From Cytophagales bacterium (GTDB taxonomy: Bacteria; Bacteroidota; Bacteroidia; Cytophagales; Cyclobacteriaceae): a stretch of DNA of 31,071 nt. Location of the stretch: positions 1 to 31,071 of the forward strand of contig JBBRKB010000001.1 of assembly GCA_038218385.1 (NCBI GenBank), read 5' to 3'. Below, one piece after another: positions 8,160-18,036 of this stretch; position 1 is the stretch's first letter, and the number at the start of each line of letters is the position of its first letter. The notes below the pieces were generated by a model. The model was not told where the DNA came from and did no database searches. It saw nothing but the letters and a program-made list of their open reading frames with translations. The translations under genes were made by a program, and so were the position numbers.

Positions 8160-8516
8160 CTACTTTGGTTTTGACTTCGTTAATTCTGTTAATTGTTTTT
8201 CTATATATGCCGTAATGTCTCCTTTAAAAAGGAATACCCCTAACCCTATCAGTACATATAAAAACGATACTATTAAAAAACCACTGACATCGCCAACCCA
8301 ATGGCCTAAATAAAAGGCGAGGGCAAAGCTTGAAAGCATAAGCACAAAGAAAAGCATAAAGGCAAGTAACACCCCCACCACAGTTTTAGACAAAATTTTT
8401 GCTACGTCTTGCTTAACCTCCATCTTAAGAAGTTCAGCACGCGTCTCAATGTAACCCGTCAGGTTAGAGATCAATCCTTCGATCTTAAGAAATTTTACGA
8501 TTAGGTCTTTAAACAT
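8160..8516 (-). CDS. 'Phage holin family' (YqjE/holin-X-like) two-TM membrane protein
   Basis: GYIETRAELLKMEV pattern followed by two TM helices; 118 aa. Confidence 0.75.
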   Translation of the reverse strand: MFKDLIVKFLKIEGLISNLTGYIETRAELLKMEVKQDVAKILSKTVVGVLLAFMLFFVLMLSSFALAFYLGHWVGDVSGFLIVSFLYVLIGLGVFLFKGDITAYIEKQLTELTKSKPK

Positions 8517-8671
8517 TTGTTCTTAATCTAGTGGAATTTAAAACTTTTTTACACGGCATCATTATCTCACTAAGTTAGCATCTTCTGTTGTTCATTTGCT
8601 CATGTGCCACTGGAAAATATAACACGTTAACCAACAAACTTGTTTCAATCACTCAAATATGAAAAGGGATG

Positions 8672-9859
8672 TTAACTCTGGAGCTCTGCAATAGCCATCC
8701 ACGCCATCAGGCCTGTGCTTATAGCCAACGCATCTTCATCAATATCAAAAGTGGGAGTGTGCACATAGGAGCTAATCCCTTTAGCATCGTTGCGCGTACC
8801 CAGTCGATAAAAGGAAGCTGGAATAATTTGTGAATAAAAAGCAAAATCTTCAGCACCTAACGTGATGTCGATGTCAACCACATTATCCTCACCCACATAT
8901 TCAGTAGCGGCCTGCTTAATTCTTCTGGTGAGCTCAGGATTGTTTTCGAGATATGGATATCCCCTTGAAATTTCTACTTCACATCTACCTCCCATTCCTT
9001 CGGCAAGACTCTCTGCCATCTTTTTTATTTTATCCAATGCAGCATTTCGCCATTCTTCATTCATGGCACGAAATGTACCTGCAATGTTTACTTCATTGGG
9101 AATGATATTGGTAGCGCCATGTCCGATAATGTTTCCAAACGTAAGAACGGTGGGTTGCCTTGGATTGGCATTACGGCTTATGATCTGCTGAAGCGCAATG
9201 ATAATGTGTGATGCAATAACGATGGGATCAATTGCTAAATCGGGAGCAGCACCATGTCCACCTTTACCAATTACTTTTAAATAAATTTCGTCAGCGCTTG
9301 CCATGTACATTCCTTCTCGAAAACCGATTTTTCCTGCTGGCAATAATGGAAACACATGTTGCCCAATGATGGACGCGGGGCGCGGATTTTCAAGCGCGCC
9401 ATCGCGGATCATGTAGGAAGCACCTCCAGGATTTTTTTCTTCTCCAGGTTGAAATAAAAAACGAACGGTTCCTTCAAAATCATTTTTAATCGTTTGTAAT
9501 ATGTGCGCTGTACCAAGCAACGATGAGGTATGAACATCATGACCACACGCATGCATCACACCTTCATTTATAGATTTGTAAGAAACCTGGTTTGCCTCCA
9601 CTATTGGCAATGCATCCATATCTGCACGTAAAGCAATTATTTTCTTATCCGGATTTTTACCCGTCACTTCGGCAATCAATCCGGTTGTTGCTATGCCCGT
9701 TGGCTCAATTCCGAATGAGCGAAGTTGCTCAGCTACGTATTTAACCGTGTTGAATTCTTTATAGGATAATTCAGGATTGGCGTGAAGATGTCTTCTCTGT
9801 TCTACCGTTTGGCTATGGTAGGTATGGGATAAAGATTTTATACGATCGAGAAGACTCAT
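8672..9859 (-). CDS. M20D-family amidohydrolase (N-acyl-amino-acid amidohydrolase/HipO-like)
   Basis: RRHLHANPELS, RADMDALP, HACGHDVH, FQPGEE, GAEDF and HTP motifs. Confidence 0.93.
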   Translation of the reverse strand: MSLLDRIKSLSHTYHSQTVEQRRHLHANPELSYKEFNTVKYVAEQLRSFGIEPTGIATTGLIAEVTGKNPDKKIIALRADMDALPIVEANQVSYKSINEGVMHACGHDVHTSSLLGTAHILQTIKNDFEGTVRFLFQPGEEKNPGGASYMIRDGALENPRPASIIGQHVFPLLPAGKIGFREGMYMASADEIYLKVIGKGGHGAAPDLAIDPIVIASHIIIALQQIISRNANPRQPTVLTFGNIIGHGATNIIPNEVNIAGTFRAMNEEWRNAALDKIKKMAESLAEGMGGRCEVEISRGYPYLENNPELTRRIKQAATEYVGEDNVVDIDITLGAEDFAFYSQIIPASFYRLGTRNDAKGISSYVHTPTFDIDEDALAISTGLMAWMAIAELQS

Positions 9860-9914
9860 ATGTACATGTAATTATTTATCACCTAAGAAATTCACCTCGT
9901 TTGAAATAAAAGAT

Positions 9915-10427
9915 TTAATTGATTTCAATTTTATCAGGCACCAAGATGGCGCTTGGAAAGCGTTTTTTAATAGACTGAAAATCCTTTTGGGCATCCAATC
10001 GTGAATAATATTTGCCTGCCTTCACCCTGAAATTAGGTTGAGTGTATTGAACCTCTGATTCGATATCGGGTAAGGCAACAGTGAGATCCTTTCGTGTTGC
10101 CAACGCCGCCTCGCGGTCAAGACCTGAATAAATTTGAATGGTAAACCCATCAATGAACCGCGTGTTCAGATTGAATCTATCAATGCTATCCAAAATATTA
10201 TTCAACGGCTTGTTGATGGTGTATTTTGGTTCAACATATTTTGCTTTGTGCGTATTGACATTCGTCTCCATCGGATTGGATTGCCTCGTTGGCATTTCAA
10301 TAGCTGGCCTCAACACAGAAAGATCTTCAGAATATTTTGTACCCTGTGTAGAAGATGTTTTCTTCGGTGTAGCACAACCGGCTAGAAATAGTAGCAGGTA
10401 GATGGATGGGTGTCTATAAGTTCTCAT
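9915..10427 (-). CDS. SPOR-domain lipoprotein
   Basis: Lipobox LAGC at residues 15-18; C-terminal GFTIQIYSG...YTQPNFRVKAGKY...FPSAILV SPOR pattern. Confidence 0.82.
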   Translation of the reverse strand: MRTYRHPSIYLLLFLAGCATPKKTSSTQGTKYSEDLSVLRPAIEMPTRQSNPMETNVNTHKAKYVEPKYTINKPLNNILDSIDRFNLNTRFIDGFTIQIYSGLDREAALATRKDLTVALPDIESEVQYTQPNFRVKAGKYYSRLDAQKDFQSIKKRFPSAILVPDKIEIN

Positions 10428-10492
10428 ATATCTCCATTGTGTATGTTGCAGCTGCTAGCTTCTAGCGGTGTGAGCATGGGCTTTGTGTGCGC

Positions 10493-13400
10493 TTATTCAA
10501 TAATGATACACTTGTTGCTTCGAATGTCTTCTTCTACTTTTTTGAATTTTACATCCTTCAATACACGCCCATCGGTGTATTGCACCGTTACTTTATCATT
10601 TCGATTAGCCACTTTTTCAGATTTGACGGGCATCACCTTTTCTTGCGGTGGACGATCTTGTTGCTGCTGGCCGCCTCCATTTAGCAACGAACGCGATTCT
10701 TCTTTCTGCTCACTTAGCTTTACCCTCCGTTGTGACCGTGCTTCCTGAACCTGATCGGGAGCCTGAACCGGAATATCCGCCTTCATTAGGAAGGCAGTAG
10801 TATCCTCATTTACCTTGGCAATGAATCGTTTGAACAATTCAAACCCTTCAAACTTATAAATCAGCAAGGGGTCCTTTTGTTCATACACGGCGTTCTGCAC
10901 GGACTGCTTTAGATCGTCCATCTCACGCAAATGTTCTTTCCATTGCTGATCAATGATGGCGAGGGTCAACATTTTTTCCATCGCCTTCACAAGCTCTGTG
11001 TTATTTGTATCCACACACTTCTGAAGGTTTGCAGCAACACCTATCTGCTTATTTCCATCTGTGAACGGAACCAAGATGTTCTCTACTGTTGCTCCACGTG
11101 TTTTATAAATTTCGGAAATAACAGGCATTGCTTTCTCGGCAATGTGTTTGTTCTTTTTGTGATAATGATCCAGCGCCTTGTGGTAAAGATCATCTGTAAT
11201 AAAATTCTGATCTTTTGCTTCGAATTCATCTTTTGATAATTCATAATCAAGACCCAAAACACTCAACGCATTTAACCTGAGGCTTTCATAATCGTTCGAT
11301 GCTTTTGCATTGGTAACGGTATCTTCACATGTATCATAAAGCATGGTGAGAATATCAAGTTCTAATCGTTCTCCAAACAACGCATTTCTTCTTCGCTTAT
11401 AAATTACTTCACGCTGGGAGTTCATTACGTTATCATACTCCAGCAATCGCTTACGAATGCCGAAGTTATTCTCTTCAACTTTTTTCTGCGCGCGCTCAAT
11501 TGAACTCGTCACCATACTGTGTTGAATCACTTCGCCTTCTTTCAAGCCAAGCTTATCCATGATGCGGGCAATGCGCTCAGGCATAAAGAGGCGCATCAAA
11601 TTGTCTTCGAGCGAAACGTAAAATTGAGAAGTACCCGGATCACCCTGACGTCCGGAACGTCCGCGCAACTGTCTGTCTACACGGCGTGACTCGTGGCGCT
11701 CGGTACCAATGATAGCAAGGCCTCCGGCTGCTTTTGATTCTGGTGTCAGCTTGATATCCGTTCCACGACCCGCCATGTTTGTGGCAATGGTTACGGTACC
11801 CGATTGGCCCGCTTCAGCTACAATCTCGGCTTCGCGTTGATGTTGCTTTGCATTCAGTACGTTGTGTTTGATTTTTTTCATTTGCAACATGCGGCTGATC
11901 AACTCTGAAATTTCAACCGATGTGGTACCTACCAGAACAGGTCTTCCTTTTTCTGTAAGTTTCACGATCTCTTCAATGGCTGCATTGAATTTTTCACGCA
12001 CCGTTTTGAAAACAAGGTCGTCCGTATCGTTCCTGGTGATGGGGCGATTGGTAGGAATCACAACAACATCCAATTTATAGATGTCCCACAATTCACCGGC
12101 TTCTGTTTCTGCTGTACCTGTCATGCCCGCAAGCTTGTGGTACATGCGGAAATAATTTTGAAGGGTAATGGTGGCATAGGTCTGTGTTGCATCCTCCACC
12201 TTCACATTTTCTTTCGCTTCTATCGCCTGGTGTAACCCATCAGAGTAACGCCTTCCATCCATAACACGACCCGTCTGCTCATCGACAATCTTAATCTTGC
12301 CATCAACGATAATGTATTCTGTATCTTTTTCGAAAAGGGTGTATGCTTTTAGCAGTTGGTTCACGCTGTGGATACGCTGTGTCTTTATCTGATAGTCACG
12401 AATAAGGTCTTCTTTCTTTTCAAATTGCTCCTTCTCGTTTAACGATGAATCCCTCTCAATTTTTGTTAACTCTGTACCGATCTCCGGAAGGATGAAAAAA
12501 TTTGAATCTTCCCCTTCGCCCGTGATCAGGTCTATACCTTTCTCGGTTAAATCAACGCTGTTGTCTTTTTCATCAATAATAAAATAAAGCGGGCTATCTG
12601 CCTCAGGCATCATTTTCTTATTGTCCTGCAAGTAGAAGTTTTCTGTCTTTTGTAGAATAGACTTCATGCCTGTTTCACTCAAATATTTTATTAACGGCTT
12701 ATGCTTCGGCATACCGCGAAAGGCACGGAACAAGGGAAGCCCGGCTTCTTTTTCATGGCCATCGCCCATTAATTTTTTGGCATCAGTCAGGTATTGCATA
12801 ATCACTTTCTTCTGCGCTTCCACCAACTTAAAGATGCGTGGCTTGAGGTCATAGAATTCGTGTTCATCTCCTTTTGGAATAGGGCCGGAAATAATGAGCG
12901 GTGTACGCGCTTCATCTATCAACACCGAATCAACCTCATCCACCATGGCATAATGATGGCCACGTTGCACCAATTCATTGGTTTCGCGTGACATGTTATC
13001 GCGCAGGTAATCAAAACCAAACTCATTGTTGGTTCCATAAATAATATCTGCCTGGTATGCGTTGCGTCTTTCGGTGGAGTTGGGCTCATGCCTGTCAATG
13101 CAATCAACCTTTAAGCCGTGGAACATGAACAACGGTGCCATCCACTCGCTGTCACGCTTGGCGAGGTAATCGTTTACCGTTACAATGTGTACCGATCGCT
13201 TTGCGAGCGCATTTAAAAATGCAGGTAAAGAAGCTACTAAAGTTTTTCCTTCACCTGTTGCCATCTCAGCAACTTTACCTTCATGCAAAACGACACCACC
13301 GATCAATTGCACATCATAATGCACCATGTCCCATGTCGTCATGCTGCCGGCGGCTAACCATTTGTTTGCCCATCGGGCTTTATCGCCTTCGATCGTTATG

Positions 13401-13834
13401 TTCTCACGTGTTGCTGAAAATTCGCGGTCGTAATCTTGCGCAGTTACTTCAAGAAACTCGTTGTTTTTAAATCGTATCGCTGTCTCTTTTACAACAGCAA
13501 ACGCTTTTGGCAAGACGTTCAACAATACCTTTTCCAGATCTTTATTACGGTCTTCTTCCAGCTTATCTATTTCAATGAAGATGTTTTCTTTTTCGCCCAG
13601 ATCGAGGTCCGGCTGATCAGCAATTCGTTTGTGAAGGGCTGCTATCTTATCATCAATCGCTTTCAACTCTTGATTGATGGTTTCCTGAATTTCGTTTGTC
13701 TTCTTTCTCAGCTCATCGTTGCTGATGCTGGTGAGTGCTTCGCCTTCTTTTTTTGTTTGTTCAACAAGCGGCATTGCGCGCTTAATATCTTTATCTGACT
13801 TGGTGCCAAATAACTTTGAAATGAATTTGAGCAT
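10493..13834 (-). CDS. secA: Preprotein translocase subunit SecA
   Basis: MATGEGKT Walker A, VDEVDSVLIDEARTPLIISG, TNMAGRGTDI and QLRGRSGRQGDPG motifs; 1113 aa with Bacteroidota-type insertions. Confidence 0.99.
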   Translation of the reverse strand: MLKFISKLFGTKSDKDIKRAMPLVEQTKKEGEALTSISNDELRKKTNEIQETINQELKAIDDKIAALHKRIADQPDLDLGEKENIFIEIDKLEEDRNKDLEKVLLNVLPKAFAVVKETAIRFKNNEFLEVTAQDYDREFSATRENITIEGDKARWANKWLAAGSMTTWDMVHYDVQLIGGVVLHEGKVAEMATGEGKTLVASLPAFLNALAKRSVHIVTVNDYLAKRDSEWMAPLFMFHGLKVDCIDRHEPNSTERRNAYQADIIYGTNNEFGFDYLRDNMSRETNELVQRGHHYAMVDEVDSVLIDEARTPLIISGPIPKGDEHEFYDLKPRIFKLVEAQKKVIMQYLTDAKKLMGDGHEKEAGLPLFRAFRGMPKHKPLIKYLSETGMKSILQKTENFYLQDNKKMMPEADSPLYFIIDEKDNSVDLTEKGIDLITGEGEDSNFFILPEIGTELTKIERDSSLNEKEQFEKKEDLIRDYQIKTQRIHSVNQLLKAYTLFEKDTEYIIVDGKIKIVDEQTGRVMDGRRYSDGLHQAIEAKENVKVEDATQTYATITLQNYFRMYHKLAGMTGTAETEAGELWDIYKLDVVVIPTNRPITRNDTDDLVFKTVREKFNAAIEEIVKLTEKGRPVLVGTTSVEISELISRMLQMKKIKHNVLNAKQHQREAEIVAEAGQSGTVTIATNMAGRGTDIKLTPESKAAGGLAIIGTERHESRRVDRQLRGRSGRQGDPGTSQFYVSLEDNLMRLFMPERIARIMDKLGLKEGEVIQHSMVTSSIERAQKKVEENNFGIRKRLLEYDNVMNSQREVIYKRRRNALFGERLELDILTMLYDTCEDTVTNAKASNDYESLRLNALSVLGLDYELSKDEFEAKDQNFITDDLYHKALDHYHKKNKHIAEKAMPVISEIYKTRGATVENILVPFTDGNKQIGVAANLQKCVDTNNTELVKAMEKMLTLAIIDQQWKEHLREMDDLKQSVQNAVYEQKDPLLIYKFEGFELFKRFIAKVNEDTTAFLMKADIPVQAPDQVQEARSQRRVKLSEQKEESRSLLNGGGQQQQDRPPQEKVMPVKSEKVANRNDKVTVQYTDGRVLKDVKFKKVEEDIRSNKCIIIE

Positions 13835-13957
13835 ATCTTAAAAATCGTTACGGTAAAAATGGAACAAATCGCGCTATTTGCGAGCCAATCCCATTATTTT
13901 CGTTAAAAACTAACAGGGCATAAAGGTAATTTGTTTTTTGGAATTAGGGCGGTACAA

Positions 13958-14731
13958 TTACAGTTCCAAGTCGCCTTCGAACACCATTTTGGCAGGCCCA
14001 ATTAGGAATATCTCTTCAAATGTGCCGGACTGGCTGACTTTAAATTCAACGGAAAGTTCTCCGCCTAATGCATTAATCTTTACGGGCGAACTGATATTCT
14101 CAAAGGATGTAGCCAATGCAGCGGCTGTTACACCTGTGCCACACGAAAGGGTTTCGTTTTCAACACCCCGTTCATACGTGCGCACAAAAATGGAACCGTC
14201 TGGTTGAATCTCAACGAAGTTAACATTCACACCTTTCTCTTTATAGGCATCGCTATAGCGAATGGACTTGCCTTCTTCAAACACAGGGAAGTTCTTAATA
14301 TCTTTTACAAAACGGATGTAATGTGGCGATCCGGTGTTGACCAGAAAATCATTTCCAATTCTTTCAACCGTATCAACATTGCCCATACGCAACCTCACAA
14401 TCCCGGTAGGTAATATTTCCGCATCGTGTGAACCATCGTAGGCTGTGAAATTTGCCTTGCCATTCACAACACCGAGATAGGATGCAAACTGAACAGCAGC
14501 GCGACTTCCATTGCCACACAGGCTTTGCGAGCCATCGCTGTTGTAGTAATTAACTTTGAAATTTGCTACGTTGTCTTCTTCAATAAGAATAAGTCCGTCT
14601 GCTCCAATACCAAACCTGCGGTCACAAATTTTTGATATCTGATCACTATCCAATGAAATATCACCTGTTCGATTGTCGATCAGCACAAAATCATTGCCCG
14701 TTGCCTGATATTTATAGAAATGAAATTTCAT
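13958..14731 (-). CDS. dapF: Diaminopimelate epimerase
   Basis: KYQATGNDF, GIGADG, SLCGNG, NTGSPH, NVNF and RTYERGVENETLSCGTG; both catalytic Cys residues are present. Confidence 0.98.
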   Translation of the reverse strand: MKFHFYKYQATGNDFVLIDNRTGDISLDSDQISKICDRRFGIGADGLILIEEDNVANFKVNYYNSDGSQSLCGNGSRAAVQFASYLGVVNGKANFTAYDGSHDAEILPTGIVRLRMGNVDTVERIGNDFLVNTGSPHYIRFVKDIKNFPVFEEGKSIRYSDAYKEKGVNVNFVEIQPDGSIFVRTYERGVENETLSCGTGVTAAALATSFENISSPVKINALGGELSVEFKVSQSGTFEEIFLIGPAKMVFEGDLEL

Positions 14732-14758
14732 TTTTTGTTATTCCCCTTATCAGGGGAA

Positions 14759-14971
14759 TTATTTTACCTCTTCATAATCAACATATTCACCCCCTTTGAA
14801 GTCGCTTTTCTTCTTTGGTGTTTGCTTGGTGGGGTCAATGTTAATATTGCCATTAGGAGGCCGTCTGTTAAAATTTTGGTGAGGAGGATGTTGGTTCACC
14901 TGAAATCGGAACAAACCAAATTTATAAAGCACATATCCAACAAGTGATATAATAAGTAAGATTCGCAGCAT
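14759..14971 (-). CDS. Small membrane protein, DUF4834-like
   Basis: N-terminal TM (MLRILLIISLVGYVLYKF) and C-terminal GGEYVDYEEVK. I prefer the ATG at 14971 over the TTG at 14980. Confidence 0.75.
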   Translation of the reverse strand: MLRILLIISLVGYVLYKFGLFRFQVNQHPPHQNFNRRPPNGNINIDPTKQTPKKKSDFKGGEYVDYEEVK

Positions 14972-15012
14972 GTCTGACAAGTTTTGTTTTTAATACACTT
15001 AAAACTGTTATC

Positions 15013-15020
15013 CAAAGATA
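15013..15020 (-). promoter_or_regulatory. Bacteroidota -7 element (TATCTTTG) for the DUF4834-dapF unit
   Basis: Exact TAnnTTTG match 41 nt upstream of the ATG at 14971. It overlaps one arm of an 11-bp inverted repeat. Confidence 0.55.
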
Positions 15021-15093
15021 TTGGTTTCATACGTGACTTAAAACCAATATCGCAAAGGACTTAGGCAGCTTACCCTAATGTCGTTTGCCTAAG
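15017..15093. repeat. Two inverted repeats downstream of carB (11-bp and 8-bp stems)
   Basis: GATATTGGTTT 15017-15027 pairs with AAACCAATATC 15041-15051; CTTAGGCA 15060-15067 pairs with TGCCTAAG 15086-15093. Confidence 0.55.
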
Positions 15094-15155
15094 CAATTTG
15101 TTTTATCCTCACCTTAGCCTCTGAGAGTGATATTACAGAGCAAACAACATGATAC

Positions 15156-17972
15156 CTACTTGCTCAAATACAAGTTCCTTTCGGAATATATATTGAGGAA
15201 ATAGTCGTCCATCAAATCATCAATAAAGTAAATCGACTCACCGGTTGATTTCATCTCGGGGCCGAGTTCCTTATTTACCTCTGGGAATTTACTGAACGAG
15301 AAGACCGGCTCTTTGATGGCATATCCTTTTTTCGTAGGATTAAAATTGAAATCGGTCACTTTCTTTTCGCCCAACATTACCTTGGTGGCATAGTTTACAT
15401 ACGGTTCATCATACGCTTTGCAAATGAATGGAACGGTACGTGATGCACGCGGGTTCGCTTCGATAATGTACACTTTATCATGCTTGATGGCAAACTGAAT
15501 GTTGATCAACCCTACCACGCCAAGCGCTTGGGCAATCTTAATGGTATACGTTTCAATTTGTTTAATGATAAAATCACCCAGGTTGTAAGGTGGCAGCACG
15601 GCGTATGAATCTCCCGAATGAATACCAGCCGGTTCAATATGCTGCATGATGCCGATGATGTAAACATTTTCACCATCACAAATTGCATCTGCTTCGGCTT
15701 CTATAGCATTGTCCAGATAATGATCGAGCAATACTTTGTTGTCAGGCAAATGTTTCCAGATGTCGATGATATGTTCTTCGAGTTCCTTCTCGTTGATTAC
15801 GATTTTCATGCTTTGACCACCCAATACATACGATGGCCTTACCAAAAGAGGAAAACCAATTTGCTTAGATACTTCAAGCGCTTCGTCCGGATCGGTGGCA
15901 ACGCCAAATTCAGGATACGGTATTCCCTGGTCTTTTAATAAGGTTGAGAACCTTCCTCGATCTTCTGCAAGGTCAAGTGAGTTGTATGATGTGCCAATGA
16001 TTTTGATGCCATGCTTCTCTAACTTTTCAGCAAGTTTCAAAGCTGTCTGGCCTCCTAGTTGCACAATAACACCTTCCGGTTTTTCATGTTGGATAATATC
16101 GTACAGGTGTTCCCAGAACACGGGTTCAAAATATAATTTATCTGCAATGTCAAAGTCTGTTGAAACCGTTTCAGGATTGCAGTTCACCATAATGGTTTCA
16201 TAGCCACATTCCTTTGCGGCCAGCACACCGTGTACACATGAATAGTCAAATTCAATTCCCTGGCCAATGCGGTTTGGCCCAGAGCCCAGCACCACTACTT
16301 TTTTCTTATCAGAAGGTATAGATTCGTTTTCACTGGCAAAAGTTGAATAATAATATGGCGTCTTCGCTTCAAACTCAGCAGCGCATGTATCCACGAGCTT
16401 GTAGACTCGGTTGATGCCGAGTTCCTTTCGCTTATCGTTCACTTCGCTTTCATAGCAGTGAAGCAAGTAGGCAATCTGCCTGTCGCCAAAACCTTTCTCT
16501 TTTGCTTTTCTTAACAACTCAGGTGAAATCGAGTTGAGATCTTGCTCTTCGATTTCATCTTCCAGCTCAATCAATTCTTCAATTTGGTTGAGAAACCATC
16601 GATCGATCTTGGTAATTTTTTGAATCGTCTTGAGCGGAACACCCACTTTAATGGCATCATGAATATGGAACAAGCGGTTCCAGCTAGGGTTGGCCAGGCT
16701 GTACATCAACTCATCCTGATTGCGTAACTCTTTTCCATCAGCGCCCAATCCGTTTCTTCTTATCTCCAACGACTGACACGCTTTCTGTAAGGCTTCCTGG
16801 AAATTTCTTCCTATCCCCATTACTTCACCCACCGATTTCATTTGAAGACCGAGGCGCTTGTCTGCACCATGGAACTTATCAAAATTCCAACGTGGGATTT
16901 TTACAATCACATAGTCAAGCGCAGGCTCAAAGTACGCGGAGGTAGTGCCTGTGATGGCATTCTTTAGTTCATCTAAATTATATCCAATGGCAAGCTTGGC
17001 TGCAATCTTAGCGATGGGGTAACCCGTAGCCTTTGATGCAAGTGCAGAAGAGCGTGATACGCGAGGGTTTATTTCAATACCTATGATATCATCGTCATCG
17101 GCCGGGTTCAATGAAAATTGAACATTACATCCTCCGGCAAAAGAGCCGATGCCATTCATCATCAGGATGGCGAGGTCACGCATCTTTTGATACACGGTAT
17201 CGGGTAAAGTCATGGCTGGTGCCACCGTTATTGAATCACCGGTGTGAATTCCCATCGGATCAAAGTTCTCGATTGAACAGATGATGATCACATTGCCAGC
17301 ACTATCGCGTAGAAGTTCAAGTTCATATTCCTTCCAGCCCATGATGCTTTTCTCTACCAACACTTCATGGATGGGCGAAGCGTGCAGACCTCTGTTGAGT
17401 GCCTCATCAAATTCTTCGGGTGTGTTTACAAAACCGCCACCTGTTCCACCCAATGTATAAGAAGGACGGATAACCAGAGGAAATCCTATTTCTTGTGCAA
17501 TCTCTTTTCCCTGAAGAAATGATGTTGCCGTAGCTCCTTGACATACACCTACCCCGAGCTCCATCATTTTCAATCTAAACTTCTCACGATCTTCTGTAGT
17601 CTCAATCGCTTTAATGTCTACACCAATAATGCGCACACCAAAATTTTCCCATATACCGGCGTTTTCACAATCAATGCATAGGTTCAGCGCAGTTTGGCCG
17701 CCCATGGTTGGTAACACCGCGTCAATGTGATGCTTCTCCAGAATATGTTTGATCGATTTTTTTGTCAGAGGCAGGAGGTACACATGATCCGCTGTCACCT
17801 TGTCCGTCATGATGGTGGCAGGATTTGAGTTGATCAAGACTACCTCAATACCTTCTTCACGCAACGAACGGGATGCCTGGGAACCTGCATAATCGAATTC
17901 ACAAGCCTGACCGATAACAATGGGACCACTTCCGATGATGAGTATGGAGCGGATACTTCTGTCTCTTGGCAT
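15156..17972 (-). CDS. carB: Carbamoyl-phosphate synthase large subunit (short form without the MGS domain)
   Basis: IGSGPIVIGQACEFDYAG, two ATP-grasp halves (RPSYTLGG, RPSYVLGG), GIHTGDS/GIHSGDS and ELGPEMKSTGE; 938 aa. Confidence 0.98.
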   Translation of the reverse strand: MPRDRSIRSILIIGSGPIVIGQACEFDYAGSQASRSLREEGIEVVLINSNPATIMTDKVTADHVYLLPLTKKSIKHILEKHHIDAVLPTMGGQTALNLCIDCENAGIWENFGVRIIGVDIKAIETTEDREKFRLKMMELGVGVCQGATATSFLQGKEIAQEIGFPLVIRPSYTLGGTGGGFVNTPEEFDEALNRGLHASPIHEVLVEKSIMGWKEYELELLRDSAGNVIIICSIENFDPMGIHTGDSITVAPAMTLPDTVYQKMRDLAILMMNGIGSFAGGCNVQFSLNPADDDDIIGIEINPRVSRSSALASKATGYPIAKIAAKLAIGYNLDELKNAITGTTSAYFEPALDYVIVKIPRWNFDKFHGADKRLGLQMKSVGEVMGIGRNFQEALQKACQSLEIRRNGLGADGKELRNQDELMYSLANPSWNRLFHIHDAIKVGVPLKTIQKITKIDRWFLNQIEELIELEDEIEEQDLNSISPELLRKAKEKGFGDRQIAYLLHCYESEVNDKRKELGINRVYKLVDTCAAEFEAKTPYYYSTFASENESIPSDKKKVVVLGSGPNRIGQGIEFDYSCVHGVLAAKECGYETIMVNCNPETVSTDFDIADKLYFEPVFWEHLYDIIQHEKPEGVIVQLGGQTALKLAEKLEKHGIKIIGTSYNSLDLAEDRGRFSTLLKDQGIPYPEFGVATDPDEALEVSKQIGFPLLVRPSYVLGGQSMKIVINEKELEEHIIDIWKHLPDNKVLLDHYLDNAIEAEADAICDGENVYIIGIMQHIEPAGIHSGDSYAVLPPYNLGDFIIKQIETYTIKIAQALGVVGLINIQFAIKHDKVYIIEANPRASRTVPFICKAYDEPYVNYATKVMLGEKKVTDFNFNPTKKGYAIKEPVFSFSKFPEVNKELGPEMKSTGESIYFIDDLMDDYFLNIYSERNLYLSK

Positions 17973-18004
17973 TAACTAGGGTTTAAGGGTGGACAAATTG
18001 GGGG

Positions 18005-18036
18005 CAAAAATAAACACAGATTTAGAATACGATCAA
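18005..18036 (-). promoter_or_regulatory. Putative sigma-A promoter for carB: TTG-N21-TATTTTTG
   Basis: On the minus strand, TTG (18036-18034) is followed by a 21-nt spacer and TATTTTTG (18012-18005). This matches the Bacteroidota -33/-7 consensus. Confidence 0.6.

Noticed and set aside
8160-8516. 'Phage holin' as evidence of a prophage
   Set aside because: There are no endolysin, structural, integrase or other phage genes. YqjE-like proteins are ordinary chromosomal membrane proteins.
10453-10469. Small hairpin CTGCTAG-CTT-CTAGCGG after secA as an intrinsic terminator
   Set aside because: The stem is short and has no U-tract on the minus strand, which is too weak to call.
15156-17972. carB as a truncated pseudogene
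   Set aside because: Both ATP-grasp halves are intact, and I found no MGS-like remnant after the stop. The short form appears to be a lineage feature.
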